The notes: a model not told the origin generated them from the letters alone. Numbered from the stretch's first letter, positions 15,546 through 31,020 are shown. The stretch: DNA of 64,000 nucleotides from the human T2T-CHM13v2.0 reference genome, Homo sapiens (GCF_009914755.1 NC_060929.1), one strand, 5' to 3'. Program-made: numbers and translations.

Positions 15546-15775
15546 TTGGGGTTACAGAATCCTGGAGCCACAGCAACCTGAGACTACAACATCCTGGGAG
15601 TACAGCCTCCTTGAGGTATATATAGTATCCAAAGGGCAGTGCATTCTGGACGTCTAACATCCTGGAGGTACAGCAATTTCCAAAGATAAAATTCAGAGAT
15701 TGTAATATCACGGGGACACTCTCAGATTCCTGGGAGTACAGCATCCTGCTGGTACAGTGTCCCAGGTGTATAATC
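15546..15775. repeat. Degenerate 16-bp minisatellite (consensus ~CTGGRAGTACAGCATC)
   Basis: Units at 15546, 15562, 15578, 15594, 15610, 15630, 15646, 15662, 15730 and 15746. Confidence 0.7.
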
Positions 15776-16159
15776 TAGCCATAGAATTGGGATAGGACTT
15801 GCTCATGAGTTCAAGAAAATAGAGCTGAGAAAACAGGTAGTAAAAGGAAGCATCCAGAAGAAACCCCAGAACCAAAGGTAAGGTCAATTCTGGGCTGTAA
15901 ATGTGAAAGAAATAAATAGAGGGAGACAAACCTTATAAAGCAATGTATTAACAAATAGGAAATCTAAACAAGAATGTTAGAATCAGAGCTTGGAAAAACT
16001 CTGCTTTAAAGTGCAGAGTTTTTCACTTTGAATGACTCATGTAGCCATCTTGCCCCTTAGAAGTATGGGTGAAGCTGCAGATGCTTTCTCTAGAGTCATT
16101 CTATTATTGTCTGCATTTACTTTCACTGTTAGTATAAACTTCAATCCATGGTTTCCAAT

Positions 16160-16551
16160 TGAGGTAGGAGGCAGGCGGGACTTGACTCTGGACCAAATTG
16201 AAGACTGGCAGAAACTGGGAAGAGGCCCCTCGAAAGCACCTCTCCAGAAGACACACACACTAGCACCGTAACAGTTTATCATTGTTATGGCAACACTCAG
16301 AAGTTACCCCCAGTTTTCTAGCTAATTCTGAATACCCTGCCCCTTAATTAGCATTAAACGTGGGTATAAATATGACTGTAAAACTGCCTCTATGTCGCTA
16401 CTCTCAGCACCCTGCCTATGGTGTAGCACTGCTCTGTAAGAGCAGTCACAGAGCTGTAACACTGCCATTGCCTCAATAAAACCATTTTCTTCTACCCTTG
16501 GCTCACTTTTGAATTTCTTCCTGGGTGAAGCCAAGAACTTGCCCTGCATCA
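16160..16551 (+). mobile_element. ERV1 solo LTR, MER66-like
   Basis: TGAGGTAGGAGG start, TGTTATGGCAAC, GGGTATAAAT TATA box, AATAAA, GCCCTGCATCA end; 4-bp TSD-like CAAT/CAGT. Confidence 0.85.
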
Positions 16552-16699
16552 CAGTTAATTCATTTTTATCCTTCTCATGTTTAATTTACTTGAAATTAGA
16601 CAACGTAATCCACAAAGCTATGTGGTTATAGGCAAACAGCATGAAGTCACAATGTCCTGAATTCAAAAGAGAGAAGGAAAGCACTATTGTCAGAAAGAA

Positions 16700-17215
16700 C
16701 GCTTATCTATTCCTGAATCACAAATTATCTTAAAACCTAGTGTCCTCAGACAACAACCGTGGTATGATGTCTTAATGTTTTTATGAATCAGGAGAATACC
16801 AAAGCAGGCTTGGCTGGGCAATTCTTCTGCTTCATGTGGTGTTGACTGAGGTCACTCTATGGTACTCAGCTGGTGGACAGAGTCATCTGTGCAGTCCAAG
16901 ATAAATCTATTTACATGTTTGTTTCCTTATCTGGAATGATTGGAAGACTTGGGTCAGGTGGGAATGTCCAGAGCACCTGCATGTGTTTCCTCCGTTAGTA
17001 GTGGTCTCAGGATAGTGGGATTTCTTACATGGAGCCTCCGGCCTCCCTGAGGGATGTACCAAGAGCCACGAAGTGGAAGCTGCCAGTCTCTTAAAGCTTG
17101 GACCCAGAGACTGGACAAGTGTCATTTATGTTATATATTACCAGTCAAATAAGTTACAGAGCCCCCCAAACTCATGAGAGGAGTATCAGATAACTAGCGT
17201 GCATCCTTAAATCAC
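16700..17215 (-). mobile_element. MaLR LTR, MLT1H-like
   Basis: GGCTTGGCTGGGCAATTCTTCTG, TCTCAGGATAGTGGGATTTCTTACATGG, GGAAGCTGCCAGTCTCTTAA. Confidence 0.75.
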
Positions 17216-18001
17216 TAGAATTGTTAATCCCAGGCCTTCAGAATACCCTCTGAAGATATTTGTTGTATATATTGGGTGAGAATGCCATTGTAGTTCACAT
17301 ATTACCAATTAATAAAGGTTGAATTATTTTTTTTCTTTAAAGGATTAACGGAAATAGAAATCATAATATATTGTTCCCATACACCAGCGGATCGTTGTAT
17401 GCACAGCCTGTTGGAAGCAATGCCAGAGAAGTATATTTTGCTTAAATATTGACTATCACAATATTATTACATTTTACACTAATATACTTACTCCCTTCAA
17501 CTTGAATTTCACAGTGCTTTCCTACACCCTGAAATGCTTCCTTCTTTTCTCCGTGTTCTCTCCTTCTCCCCGAACTAGTATGTGCTTTATGTAAATCTGA
17601 GGAACAGCAAAATTTTACTGAACAGAAAAATGTCCATGTTCCTTTTTATTGTGTGTCCATAAAATAATGGGAACTATTTTTCTGATTTACCCTTCATACT
17701 GTCTCATCTATAGACATCACTACCCTCCCCAGTCCCCATAATAAGAATAGCTGAATAGCTGAATAATTGGCAGTGAGAAATTCCAAGCATTAAAGCACTA
17801 AGTCAAACAAATTTGGAAAGTACTAAGACTAAGCTTTTCACTCAAGTTACATCATAAAAATTGTTGCCAATCCATTTATTCAGGTACTGTACAAATATTT
17901 AAATATTTATTGTGTTTATAAGTTTTCTGCCCAGAGCTGGGTAGGGAAAACACAAAAGAAAGTAAAACATGCTCACTGTGTTCTAAAAGCCAGTATTTCT
18001 G

Positions 18002-18621
<620 letters not shown>

Positions 18622-20059
18622 ATGTCTAATTATATATTGAGGCAGTAAGTTTAAAGTTTGCATAACCCATACTTGAAAATGCTATGGGGTCAAAGATGGT
18701 ACTCTAGCAAATTTTTCTCAGGTTAAGAAACTATCACAGGCTTTAGCATAGAATATCTCCACAGGTAAGCTTCAATAAGATGAGAGCCTTATCTATTGAT
18801 TTCTTGCATCACAAGTAATATGAGTAGTAATATTACACAGGTCATAAAGAGAAATTACTTAAGGGGCAGTTAACCAGATTAATAGTTATGTACTTTTCAA
18901 TAGTGACACCTGTAGTTTACCATTTTTGCCACATCCCTTCAAATCTCTCTGGAAGTAGCTACTTACTCTGACAGCAGCTCTCATTTATCTATCTGTAATT
19001 TGCAATTTTTTATAGCTTACTTTATTGGACCAACGACTCCTGTTTATGTTAGTAATAAGGAGGAGCTCTGGATAATTTTCCTTGATTTGAGTATATATAA
19101 TCATGCTCTGTTTATTGATAATTTTATACTTGTTCTAAGTGAGTCTCTCTTCTTTCATTTATCAGGTTTTACAGAACTGTTCACTTTAAAATATGTCTTA
19201 TCTGTTAGTCCACCACAAAATTATGAAGTTCTTCAGTGTATACTTGGTATCTTACTTATCTTTAAATTCCAAGAAATTATAAGTTCCTAGTCCATAAAAG
19301 ATACTCAATTTATTTTAGATTAGCAATTAAATGAATTAACAAAATAATTTGATATCCTTGAACTCAAAGTAAATGCAAATTGAAAGTAATAGTAATTCAT
19401 TAATGCTGCATTGAAAGTAATACTCATTTTTATTTTAGTTGATTTACTTCTTAACTGCTTTCAGACACTGAACCTCGTTAATCAATAACAACCCATTACA
19501 AGGAAGTTTTTGAGTGTTGAGAGAAAAGAGGAAAGTTTGCATCGGTGAAAAAATGGTATATCATCTTTTGCATGTTATGGTTATGAGTGGCTTAATAAAG
19601 GAGAGAACTATTTTCAGAAGTACAATATCTCACTCATCTCACTAATAACACTTGCTGATTTTCTTTCTGCTGCATCTGGCACCAAGATGATGCTAATGGC
19701 ATACCAGCAAAGTTGGGTATTTTGTTGTTTTTGTAAATGCCAGGTTTTTGTTGTTTTTGTAAATAGCAGTAACAATAGATTCAAACCGATTCATCTATAA
19801 GCTCTCCCTTAGTACTACTGTTTGTGACTAGGGAAGATGGATCTGAGATTTTGCCCATAGATAAAGCAACTCTAAGTTTTCAGAATAAGAATAGCATTTA
19901 AGCAGCGACTTCACTGTTATTTTGTTCTAAGAAACCTAGGTAATGATTTTGAGAATGTATCAACTGTCTTTAAAAGTGATGCTCAAAAGACTGTAGTTAG
20001 AAGAAAATACACAAATGCATGATAAATTGGAGTACACATAAGTGGTAAAGTTCTAAAAA

Positions 20060-20750
20060 ATGCCTCAAGAAACAGAAAAGACATGACCTATTAGGAAAAT
20101 ATTTGTAATACACATAGAGAAATGGGTGAATTGTTTGGAGTCACAGTTTATATAAAACCAGCAAGAAAACAAGTACCAATCCAATGGAAATATGGATAAG
20201 GGAGATAAATAAATAAGTCGCAAAAATAAAAATGGGCAAATAAATGGTGAATTTCACTTAACATTATAGAAATACAAATGAGAAAAGTGATTCTAATCCA
20301 TAAATGCATTGCCAAAAATAATACATTTAGTATTATTTATTACTGGAAAAACTGTGGAATAGCAGGGCTCTCATACTTTGTTGGTAAGATAATATATTGG
20401 TGTCATATATTTGGAGAGTAATTTGATATTTAACAAGGCCAAAAATCCACAGATTTTTGACATACTGTAATGAATCACTTTATATTTATTCTTACAAAAG
20501 AACCCTAGGATAAAATGAACCTTATTTTAGCATTGTTAAAATCCTTATTTTAGCATTTTTAATTATTGAAAAAATTAATTAATTGTGCATTTCAAAATAG
20601 CAAGAAGAGAATAATTAGAATGTTCCTAGCGTGAGGATAAATATTTAAGGTGGTGTATGTTCCAATTACTGTGATTTGATTATACGAATGTATCAAATTA
20701 TCACATGTACCCTGAAAATATGTATACCTAATATGCATCAATAAAAATAA
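20060..20750 (+). mobile_element. L1 fragments (old L1M ORF2 remnant plus an L1MA-type 3' end)
   Basis: AAAATATTTGTAATACACATA..; 3' end TTTCAAAATAGCAAGAAGAG...CACATGTACCCTGAAAATATGTA...CAATAAAAAATAA. Confidence 0.7.
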
Positions 20751-20759
20751 GTAATTTTT

Positions 20760-21340
20760 AAAATGTAAGGAGGCACCAAAAAAACTCAATAATCCAGATG
20801 GATAATTTTTTGACATCAAAATTAAGGGCCGGGCGCCATGGCTCACTCCTGTAATCCTAGCACTTTGGGTGGCCGAGGCGGGCGGATCACGAGGTCAGGA
20901 GATCGAGACCATCCTGGCTAACGTGGTGAAACCCGTCTCTACTAAAAAAAAAAAAAAAAAAAAAATTAGCCGGACGTGGTGCCGGGCACCTGTAGTCCCA
21001 GCTAGTCAGGAGGCTGAGACAGGAGAATGGTGTGAACCCTTGAGGCGGAGCTTGCAGTGAGCCAAGATCATGTCACTGCACTCCAGCCTAGGCAACAGAG
21101 CAAGACTCCGTCTCAAAAAATAAATAAATAAAAATAAAATAAAAATAAAATTAAGGCAAAGAATCCATAAGGAACAAAATATCAAAATTTTAAATAATGT
21201 CAAGTTCAGTAACAGTGCCATACTGAGCCTGAGGCGGAAGGAAAAAAATCAGTAATAGTAATCCTGTCTCTAATAAATTTTAATATTTACACTTAGGCTC
21301 AAGGTGAGTGACTCACTCACGTTGCCCTAGTCCTGGCCCT
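20760..21340. mobile_element. DNA transposon MER96B-like (hAT), split by an AluY
   Basis: GGCACCAAAAAAACTCA, AAAATATCAAAATTTTAAATAA, GAGCCTGAGGC, terminal CACTCAC..GCCCTAGTCCTGGCCCTG. Confidence 0.7.
20827..21146 (+). mobile_element. Alu SINE, AluY-like, with the middle A tract expanded to A22
   Basis: GGATCACGAGGTCAGGAGATCGAGACCATCCTGGCTAAC; TSD AAAATTAAG 20818-26 / 21147-55. Confidence 0.96.
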
Positions 21341-22178
21341 GGCCCTGGCCTACCTCCACTTGATATGTTTTGCTGTACAACAGGCTGTTTGCCGTCCTGA
21401 AATTATCATTAGAATGTCTTCTTGCCCAACATTTAAAATGTGCTTAGGGTAATAAGAGCATAAACCACAAGCACAGCCAATTTCAGGCAAAAAGACAAAC
21501 ACTGGTCACCCATAGTCATGAGTTGTTTAAAGGGCCTCCACCAAGCATTCAAAATGGGGTGTGTTCATACAGTATTCTTATTACATGTGCCTTCAACATG
21601 AAACTAGACCCATCTTATCTAAATCGACACACAGAAAACAACCCTGATTAATGTTATCATTTTCAATATGTACTGTACTTCTCATAGGAGCTAACAGCAT
21701 TTGAGAAAAATCTGCATGCAAGGATAAACTATATAATAAATGGGTTTTGATTAGAGTAAAATACATGGAAGAACTTTTGGGGACAAGGGAAAGTACAGTA
21801 GTTCTGAATATTCTAGTTAACTATTTTGGGAGAAACATGCCAAATAAATTATTCAAGATTCTCACTCACTCTTAAAAAACAAACAAACAAACAAACAACA
21901 AAAAAATGATGACTATGGGCCTCCTTATCACCAAATCTAATATTACTTACTCTGGCCTCATTTTTTTAAATGGTCTGAAATGTTTGCTAATATTAATTAC
22001 ATTTTACTTTCTTCTGATTGGACCTCTACCCTCTTTGCCTCTTCTGATTTGATTCACAAAATTTAAAAACTCCATTTGGTTTTCCTCCATCTTTATAGTT
22101 TCTCCACTGGGTTCTTTCTTCTTCCTTTTGTACACCCATTTACATGTTTGTTTGTCCCTTTCCAAACTGTAACTGTGA

Positions 22179-22515
22179 CATTGGTTCTCAAACCCTTGTG
22201 GAATATTAGAATTGCCTTGGAAGTTCAATCCCAGTTCCAGGCTGCACTTCAAACCAATATAATTAGAATTTCTGGGATGAAAACTAGGCATTATTTTTGT
22301 TCGGTTGTTTTTTAATTTCTAAGAGATTCCAATAAGCAGACAAGGTTGAGAACAAATACTGTACTTTACTATCTAAAGCATGGTCATCGCATCATCACCT
22401 AGAAGGTTATTCGAAATACAGAATCTCATGCCTTTCACTCCAACCTACTAGAACACAAAGTGCAGTTTTGAAATTCCAGATGATTCATATCCACATTAAA
22501 ATAAGGAAAACATTG
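22179..22515. mobile_element. Two adjacent MER5-type (hAT-Charlie) elements
   Basis: TGGTTCTCAAAC...GTTGAGAAC ends; ATCACCTAGAAG..GAAATACAGAATCTC; GATGATTCATATCCACATTAAA. Confidence 0.65.
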
Positions 22516-22549
22516 ATTTAGATTACTAAATGTTAGCACCTATCCTAAT

Positions 22550-22980
22550 TTATCTCATAAGGCCCAATCCTGTTTCCACTGTCATTTGCTTGTGGAATAT
22601 CTTCACCTGTATATTCTAATGAGGACCTTGAATTCAACTTGAACTAACAATTGAACTAATCTTCTTTGTTTCTCCAATCGTGAATCATTTTTTCTTGGTC
22701 TTTATCCCGCTAGTCATATGTCTATTCATCCTGGCTTTATACCTCATAAAGCTTTTTTTTTCTTTAAATCCTCCACACACAGTCTCAATGTCTGTTTATA
22801 TTATGCTTTTCCATATCTCTCATGTTTTATTCCTTTTTATTTGTACCACTAATTCAGACATAATTGCCTCTCACTTAAACTTTTAAGATAGCTTCTTGAT
22901 AGTTCGTATTGCCTTCTGTCATTCATCATTTTAATTTATCATGCATAGTTGGGTTAGCTTAATCTCCCTAACACACATCA
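22550..22980 (+). mobile_element. L2 LINE fragment
   Basis: CTTGTGGAATATCTTCACCTG..TTGAATTCAAC..AACTAATCTT, typical of L2. Confidence 0.5.
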
Positions 22981-23634
22981 GTGTCAGCTGGCAAAGAAGA
23001 GGTTAACCTAAGAGTAATGATCTATAAAAGAGACTTCTCATCTTACCTGAGCTCCTCACTTGAAAATTTCACTTTAATTGAATTATAAACTACCACCATC
23101 TTAATGACCATATTAAGGGAATTTTCACATTTTCTGATTTTTTTGGAGATAGAAACTAAGTGATCAAAAAACAGTGCAGATTAGCAAAATCTAAAGCAGT
23201 CAGTTTGAGAAAGCCACAATACCTTTTGAGAGTAAATGTAATCATAATTATTTTCACTTTCTATTAATTTAGAAAGAGGCCTGTAGCTCTTCTTTTCATC
23301 ATTTATAATTCAACTAAGAAATTGGTAACATTTCTAGTTGCAAGTAAGAGTATTTTATGTATTTCCTCAGCAACATAATGTAATAGAATTAGTTGTTCGG
23401 ATTATGTTATTTTAATAAGTTCAAGCTTTTGTTTAACCAGTAACTATGCCATGCAAGAATAATTAAATGATCTGAACTTGACTATAAATTCAATCATTAA
23501 AATGTAATTTTCTACTGATCTTAATCTTTACCTTAAAAAAGAGAATAAACTCAAGCTTAAAAAGGATGATACTTTGTAATGCTTATGCTCAATTTAAGTA
23601 ATGAAGCAAGACAGTCTTAACAAAAAGGATCTTT

Positions 23635-23757
23635 AGGATTTGCTGTGTTGCCCAGACTCCCAGACTAACCTCAGACTTGGGGCTCAAGTGATCCTCATCC
23701 TCTCGTCTTAGCTGCCGGAGTAGCTAGGAGTACAGACACACTCCACCAAATCCAGCT
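23635..23757 (-). mobile_element. Alu monomer (FLAM-like), diverged
   Basis: TGCTGTGTTGCCCAGACT...GGGCTCAAGTGATCCTC...GAGTAGCTAGGAGTACAG. Confidence 0.75.
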
Positions 23758-26245
23758 TTCTTAAGGTTTTAAATAGGAAATTGAATGAATGCAGCTGAAT
23801 TTCAGAAACTCAGTTTGTAGATGTGTTTACATGAAGAGTAAGTGGAAGGATAAAGGGTGATTATCACGGATAGACTTTCCATTAAACACTATTTTTTTAA
23901 TGTGTGGGTAAGGGAAAGATAATAGGACAATACAGGTTGGCAGAAAAATGCCAGGTGTAGTCCTGGCCTCAGTTAGAAGCTGGGCCTATGGGAGGATACC
24001 TCCTGGGTGGAATTACCTGACTCAAAACAGTGCTCTTGCATGTTTACTAGTCATATAATCTATTAAGAGTATTGCAAATGGAAAATCTTGAGTCCTTGAA
24101 CTGCTTTTGAGTCAATGAAGGAGCTTGAAAAAGTTTATTTTCCATTTAATTCTATTTTCTGATGGGCAAACATGCTTCCTCAATTCTCAGGAACAATGTG
24201 AGATTACACATTTAGATACTCTAGAAAGGGAGGCAATTAAAACCAAGGCATAAATGTTTTCTATATCATTTTTTAACATAGGAAAAGAAAAAAAAATGCT
24301 TTCAAAATATGTGCTTATAAGCTGTGTATTTTGACATTATTTAAATCACAAGATTAATCCATTTCCATTTCCAGTGGTTACTAAACCGAGACAGATCCTG
24401 CCGATTTAACTGCTGACTAATGAATGATAATATGACATAAACTTTTGATTGCTACAGACACAGCTGGCAGCAGAATATTTAACAAAAGTAAAACCACAAA
24501 TTCGAACCAACAACAATTTAAAGAGTGAGTCCTCCTCCGGGAAGGAATTGGGACAGCATTTGGGGAGTCTCCCTTGCCCCAAACTCTGCAAAAATTGTTA
24601 AAATATGAAAATTTGTAAATACCAAAACAAATGAATCTTTTCAATTCTATAAAAGTTTCAGTGAAACTTTAAACATTAGCCAAGTAATGAGCCTATGCTT
24701 GAGTCATGGGACCAAGTGGTGGGGTCCAAACCATCTCAATGTTTCTGAAGGACCTCTTTTCTTGCCTTTTTTGTGCTGCTTACCAGCTCCTGTGATTGGA
24801 GACCACACAGCACCCAGAGAAAGGACAGAAATCAACTCTTGACACCTCAGATCTAAAAATGGTGTCATCTTCTGGAAATGTGGAGAAACAAATGAAGCAA
24901 TGGGAACATTGGTGCAGCTTGGAAAAACAGCAAGGAAGCAGTGACTTTCAGAGGGTGTGAACAGCTGTGATACTGAGGGGGCCTGACTGCACTGTGGAGT
25001 TGCACAGAGAGGCCAGGGAGAGGAGCATTCCATGCATCTATCTTGGTTACATGTGTGGCCTCTTGTAGACTCAGTGAAGCATTTGGGGAACTGGGCTCCT
25101 TAGTAGACAAGATAGGCCACGCTCAAGCACACGGTGAAAAAAATGTTCGTCTAGTCACCAAGAAACTCCATACAACTCAGATTTACATGTTCTTTAGATT
25201 CAACAGCTCTCTATTCCTGCCTTCCTCCTGTACTTTAAATAATAAGTCTAGTTAGTTGCTGCTCCCTAAATAACCACCATCTACCATACCGCATGTATAA
25301 TTCTAACAAAGTGCTGCTTGTGATTTATCCAAGCCCAGCAGATACGTAAAATTTTCCAAATTTAATTCAGGTCAATTTTATTTGACATTTACTGCCTTGA
25401 CAAAAAGAAAAGAACAACAAAAAAATAATAATCCTTCCAATATGCAGCTTGATTGGAATTGCCATTTTTCTGAGGGGGAAATTCAGAGGCACCAGTGACT
25501 CCTCTTTTTCCTTGATTTACACATCTGTTCATTTAGCATATCCTATTGCATCTACTTCCTAAGTATTGCTTGATTCAATTTCTTCCCTGAACCTGCTGTA
25601 ACTGCCTCAACTCAGGTCCTACACTCTCTTGTTTACTCTACTGGTTTTCTAACTGAACACTATGATTTTAGCTTTTCTTTCCTGTGAATTACACACTTTA
25701 TCTTATATGATTCCCAAATTGGTTATTCCTATAAAAACCTGAAATAAATTAAAACTAAAACCAAGTAAATACAAACTTCCAAGGCTTCATAATGCCTGGA
25801 GAATGAAGTCCAAACACCTCACTTAGCTAAAGGTACCTCATAATCAACATTTTGTTCTTTGTGCTCCCAGGTCAAGTAGAGTTTGAAACATAATAAGCAG
25901 TTCATAAATATTTATGGACAGTATTTATAGAGGAAGTCAAAAGATCTGATGTCCTAGAAAGTCTACCCACTTAATATTTCTTCTACTGCACTGTCGCCAT
26001 TTCATATGAAGCCATTTAATTAGGTACCTCTCCTTATAGAATAGCCAAGACAAAGTGAAAAAATAATGCAAACTGGAAATTTATTTTTTATAATAATCTT
26101 CTGGGAATTCTAATATAAAAAAACTCACTGTCAAGTATACATTTTTTTCTCAGTCTTCTGTCTAGGGGCAAGATTTAGTAAAGGTTATGTTGATTATATT
26201 TGATGTATATTAAAGTTAGTATTTTTAAAAATGATGTTCTTTGAA

Positions 26246-27276
26246 TGAAGGGGTGGCCTGCCCCTCCACACCTGTGGGTATTTCTAGTTGGGTGGGACGA
26301 GAGACTGAGAAAAGAAATAAGACACAGAGACAAAGTATAGAGAAACAACAGTGGGCCCAGGGGACCGGCGTTCAGCATACCAAGGACCTGCACTGGCACC
26401 GGCCTCTGGGTTCCCTCAGTTTTTATTATTATTTTCATTATTTCAGCAAAAAGGAATGTAGTAGGAGAGCAGGGTGATAATAAGGAGGTCAGCAAAAAAC
26501 ATGTGAGCAAAAGAATCTATGTCATAATTAAGTTCAAGGGAAGGTACTATGCCTGCATGTGCACGTAAGCCAGATTTATGTTTCTCTCCACCCAAACATC
26601 TCAGCGGAGTAAAGAATAACAAGGCAGCATTGCTGCAAACATGTCTCGCCTCCCACCATAGGGCGGTTTTTCTCCTGTCTCAGAATTGAACAAATGTACA
26701 ATTGGGTTTTATACCGAGACATTCAGTTCCCAGGGGCAGGCAGGAGACAGTGGCCTTCCTCAATTGCAAGAGGTTTTCCTCTTTTACTAATCCACCTCAA
26801 CACAGACCCTTTACGGGTGTCAGACTAGGGGACGGTCAGGTCTTTCTCATCCCACGAGGACATGTATCAGACTATCACATGGGGAGAAACCTTGGACAAT
26901 ACCCCGCTTCCAAGGAAAGAGGTCCCTGTGGCTTTCCACAGTGCATTGTGCCCCTGGTTTATTGAGACTAGAGAATGGCGATGACTTTTACCAAGTATAC
27001 TGCTTGTAAACATTTTGTTAACAAGGCACATCCTGCACAGCCCTAGATCCCTTCAACCTTGATTTTATACAGCACATGTTTTTGTGAGCTCCAGGTTGGG
27101 TCAAAGTGGCTGGGGCAAAGTGGCTAGGGCAAAGTGGCTGCGGCAAAGCTACAAATTAACAACACCTCAGCAAAGCAATTGTTTAAAGTACAGGTCTTTT
27201 TCAAAATGGAGTCTCTTATGTCTTCCCTTTCGACATAGACACAGTGGCAGTCTGATCTCTCTTTCTTTTCCCTACA
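26246..27276 (-). mobile_element. HERV-K (HML-2) solo LTR, LTR5A-type, full length (1031 bp)
   Basis: Minus strand starts TGTAGGGAAAAGAAAGAGAGATCAGAC and ends GGCAGGCCACCCCTTCA; LTR5A-type GAAAAAGACCTGTACTTTAAACAATTGC and CAGCCACTTTG repeats; perfect 6-bp TSD TTTGAA (26240-45 / 27277-82). Confidence 0.95.
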
Positions 27277-27949
27277 TTTGAATACACATCAAATGAAAAT
27301 AAGCTACAGCCTTTTTCTTCATCAAACATATATATTAGCTAGAGATTTATTGCTGCATTACCATCAAACAATGGCTCTCTTTGGATTTAATGATTTACTT
27401 TGAGGACGAGTCACATTTATGCATTTTATTACATTTGTTTTGTTCTGAGTATCTTTGAAGAGTGCATATAAAACTTGCAGATTCTTCTTCACTTGATTTT
27501 AATTAATGGTGAAAACTGATGAACTTCATAACCATCTAAATGTTTTCCAGCACCTGCTTGCTCTACTTGAATATGTATTTCTCTCTCATAGTCACTTGGA
27601 TTATTATATTCTTATTTATGTATATTTTATGGGAAATCGTGGGCTAAATTTCAGTTACTAATGCAGTCCCCTTTTGAAATCCACTGATTTGAGATGCATT
27701 ATCTCTTTGATTTATTACACACAAATTAAAAATGACAAGTGATATTTAAGTTTCTCACTGTTTTATGAACAATCCAAAGTACACTGGTATTTCCTGTAAG
27801 CTCCTCAGAAGAAGAGCAAACACTATTATTCCTATTTCACAGATGGCTGTTCCTGGATAGTCTAGATGCTTATCTAACTGATTCTCACAATACAGAAAGG
27901 GAACTTCAAAAGGCAATGAATGAAATTCTCCAAAGTCTTTTTGGGAACC

Positions 27950-28075
27950 AGCAATGCTATTTAGTAGCTGTGTGACCTTGAGTAAACTTGCAGTCCCTGT
28001 GGATCTCAGATTTTACATCTTTAAAACAAGTGGATTGGAAGATGATTGGTAAGGCCTCTTCCAACTTTAAAATTG
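27950..28075 (+). mobile_element. MIR (MIR3/MIRc-like) fragment
   Basis: TAGCTGTGTGACCTTGAGTAA core; TAAGGCCTCTTCCAACTTTAAAATT end. Confidence 0.7.
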
Positions 28076-28181
28076 TACAAGTTTAAATCCTACTTTACAT
28101 GATAAAATCAAGTATGTCCTATGTAAATATGTTTTACTGATAATTTGGGGTAAAGAATAAAACTTAGCCACATGACACTTC

Positions 28182-28274
28182 ATATACACACACATATATA
28201 TATACGTATATATATATGTGTGTATATATGTATATATATGTGTATATATATGTGTATATATGTATATATGTGTG

Positions 28275-28305
<31 letters not shown>

Positions 28306-28397
28306 ATATATTTAGATGTGTATATATATTTAGATGTGTATATATTTAGATATATGTATACACACACACACACATATATAAATATATATATATATTT
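28182..28397. repeat. Compound (TA)n/(TG)n/(CA)n microsatellite at the Alu tail position
   Basis: About 215 bp of mostly alternating purine-pyrimidine sequence adjoining the 3' end of the minus-strand Alu. Confidence 0.95.
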
Positions 28398-28677
28398 AGA
28401 CGGAGTCTCACCCTGTCGCCCAGGACGGAGTGCAATGGTGCACTCTAAGCTCACTGCCACCTCTGCCTCACGGGTTCAAGTGATTTACCTGCCTCAGCCT
28501 CCCAAGTAGCTGGGATTACAGGCATGGACCACCATGCCTGGCTAATTTTTTGTATCTTTAGTAGAGACAGGGTTTCACCATGTTGGCCAGGCTGGTCTCG
28601 AACGCCTTACCTGGTGATCCACCCACCTTGGCCTCCCAAAGTGCTGGGATTACAGATGTGAGCCACCGCTCCTGGCC
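28398..28677 (-). mobile_element. Alu SINE, AluS-like
   Basis: AGACGGAGTCTCACCCTGTCGCCCAGG...GTGAGCCACCGCTCCTGGCC. Confidence 0.95.
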
Positions 28678-28859
28678 AGGCGCTTGATATTTTTATAGCA
28701 CTTTAGAATAGTTTCCTCATTCATGGCTCTTATTTAAAAAATTATCTCCTCATACAACAGAGAGTATGTTAAGTCAAAGAATTTTAAATCTGAAGTTCAT
28801 TTAGTATGACTACCATTACATTTTAAAGTTGGCTTTCATGTTCATTTATTGCTTTTATA

Positions 28860-31020
<2,161 letters not shown>

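Noticed and set aside
15546-15775. The 16-bp array as a CRISPR-like locus
   Set aside because: Units are contiguous and degenerate with no unique spacers, in a eukaryotic context.
18722-18764. 43-nt plus-strand AG...GTAAGC micro-exon
   Set aside because: Short pyrimidine tract, stops in all frames; expected by chance in 64 kb.
28067-28509. Tyr/Ile/Val/Cys-rich ORFs (also 56873-57313)
   Set aside because: Translations of (TA)/(TG)/(CA) microsatellites.
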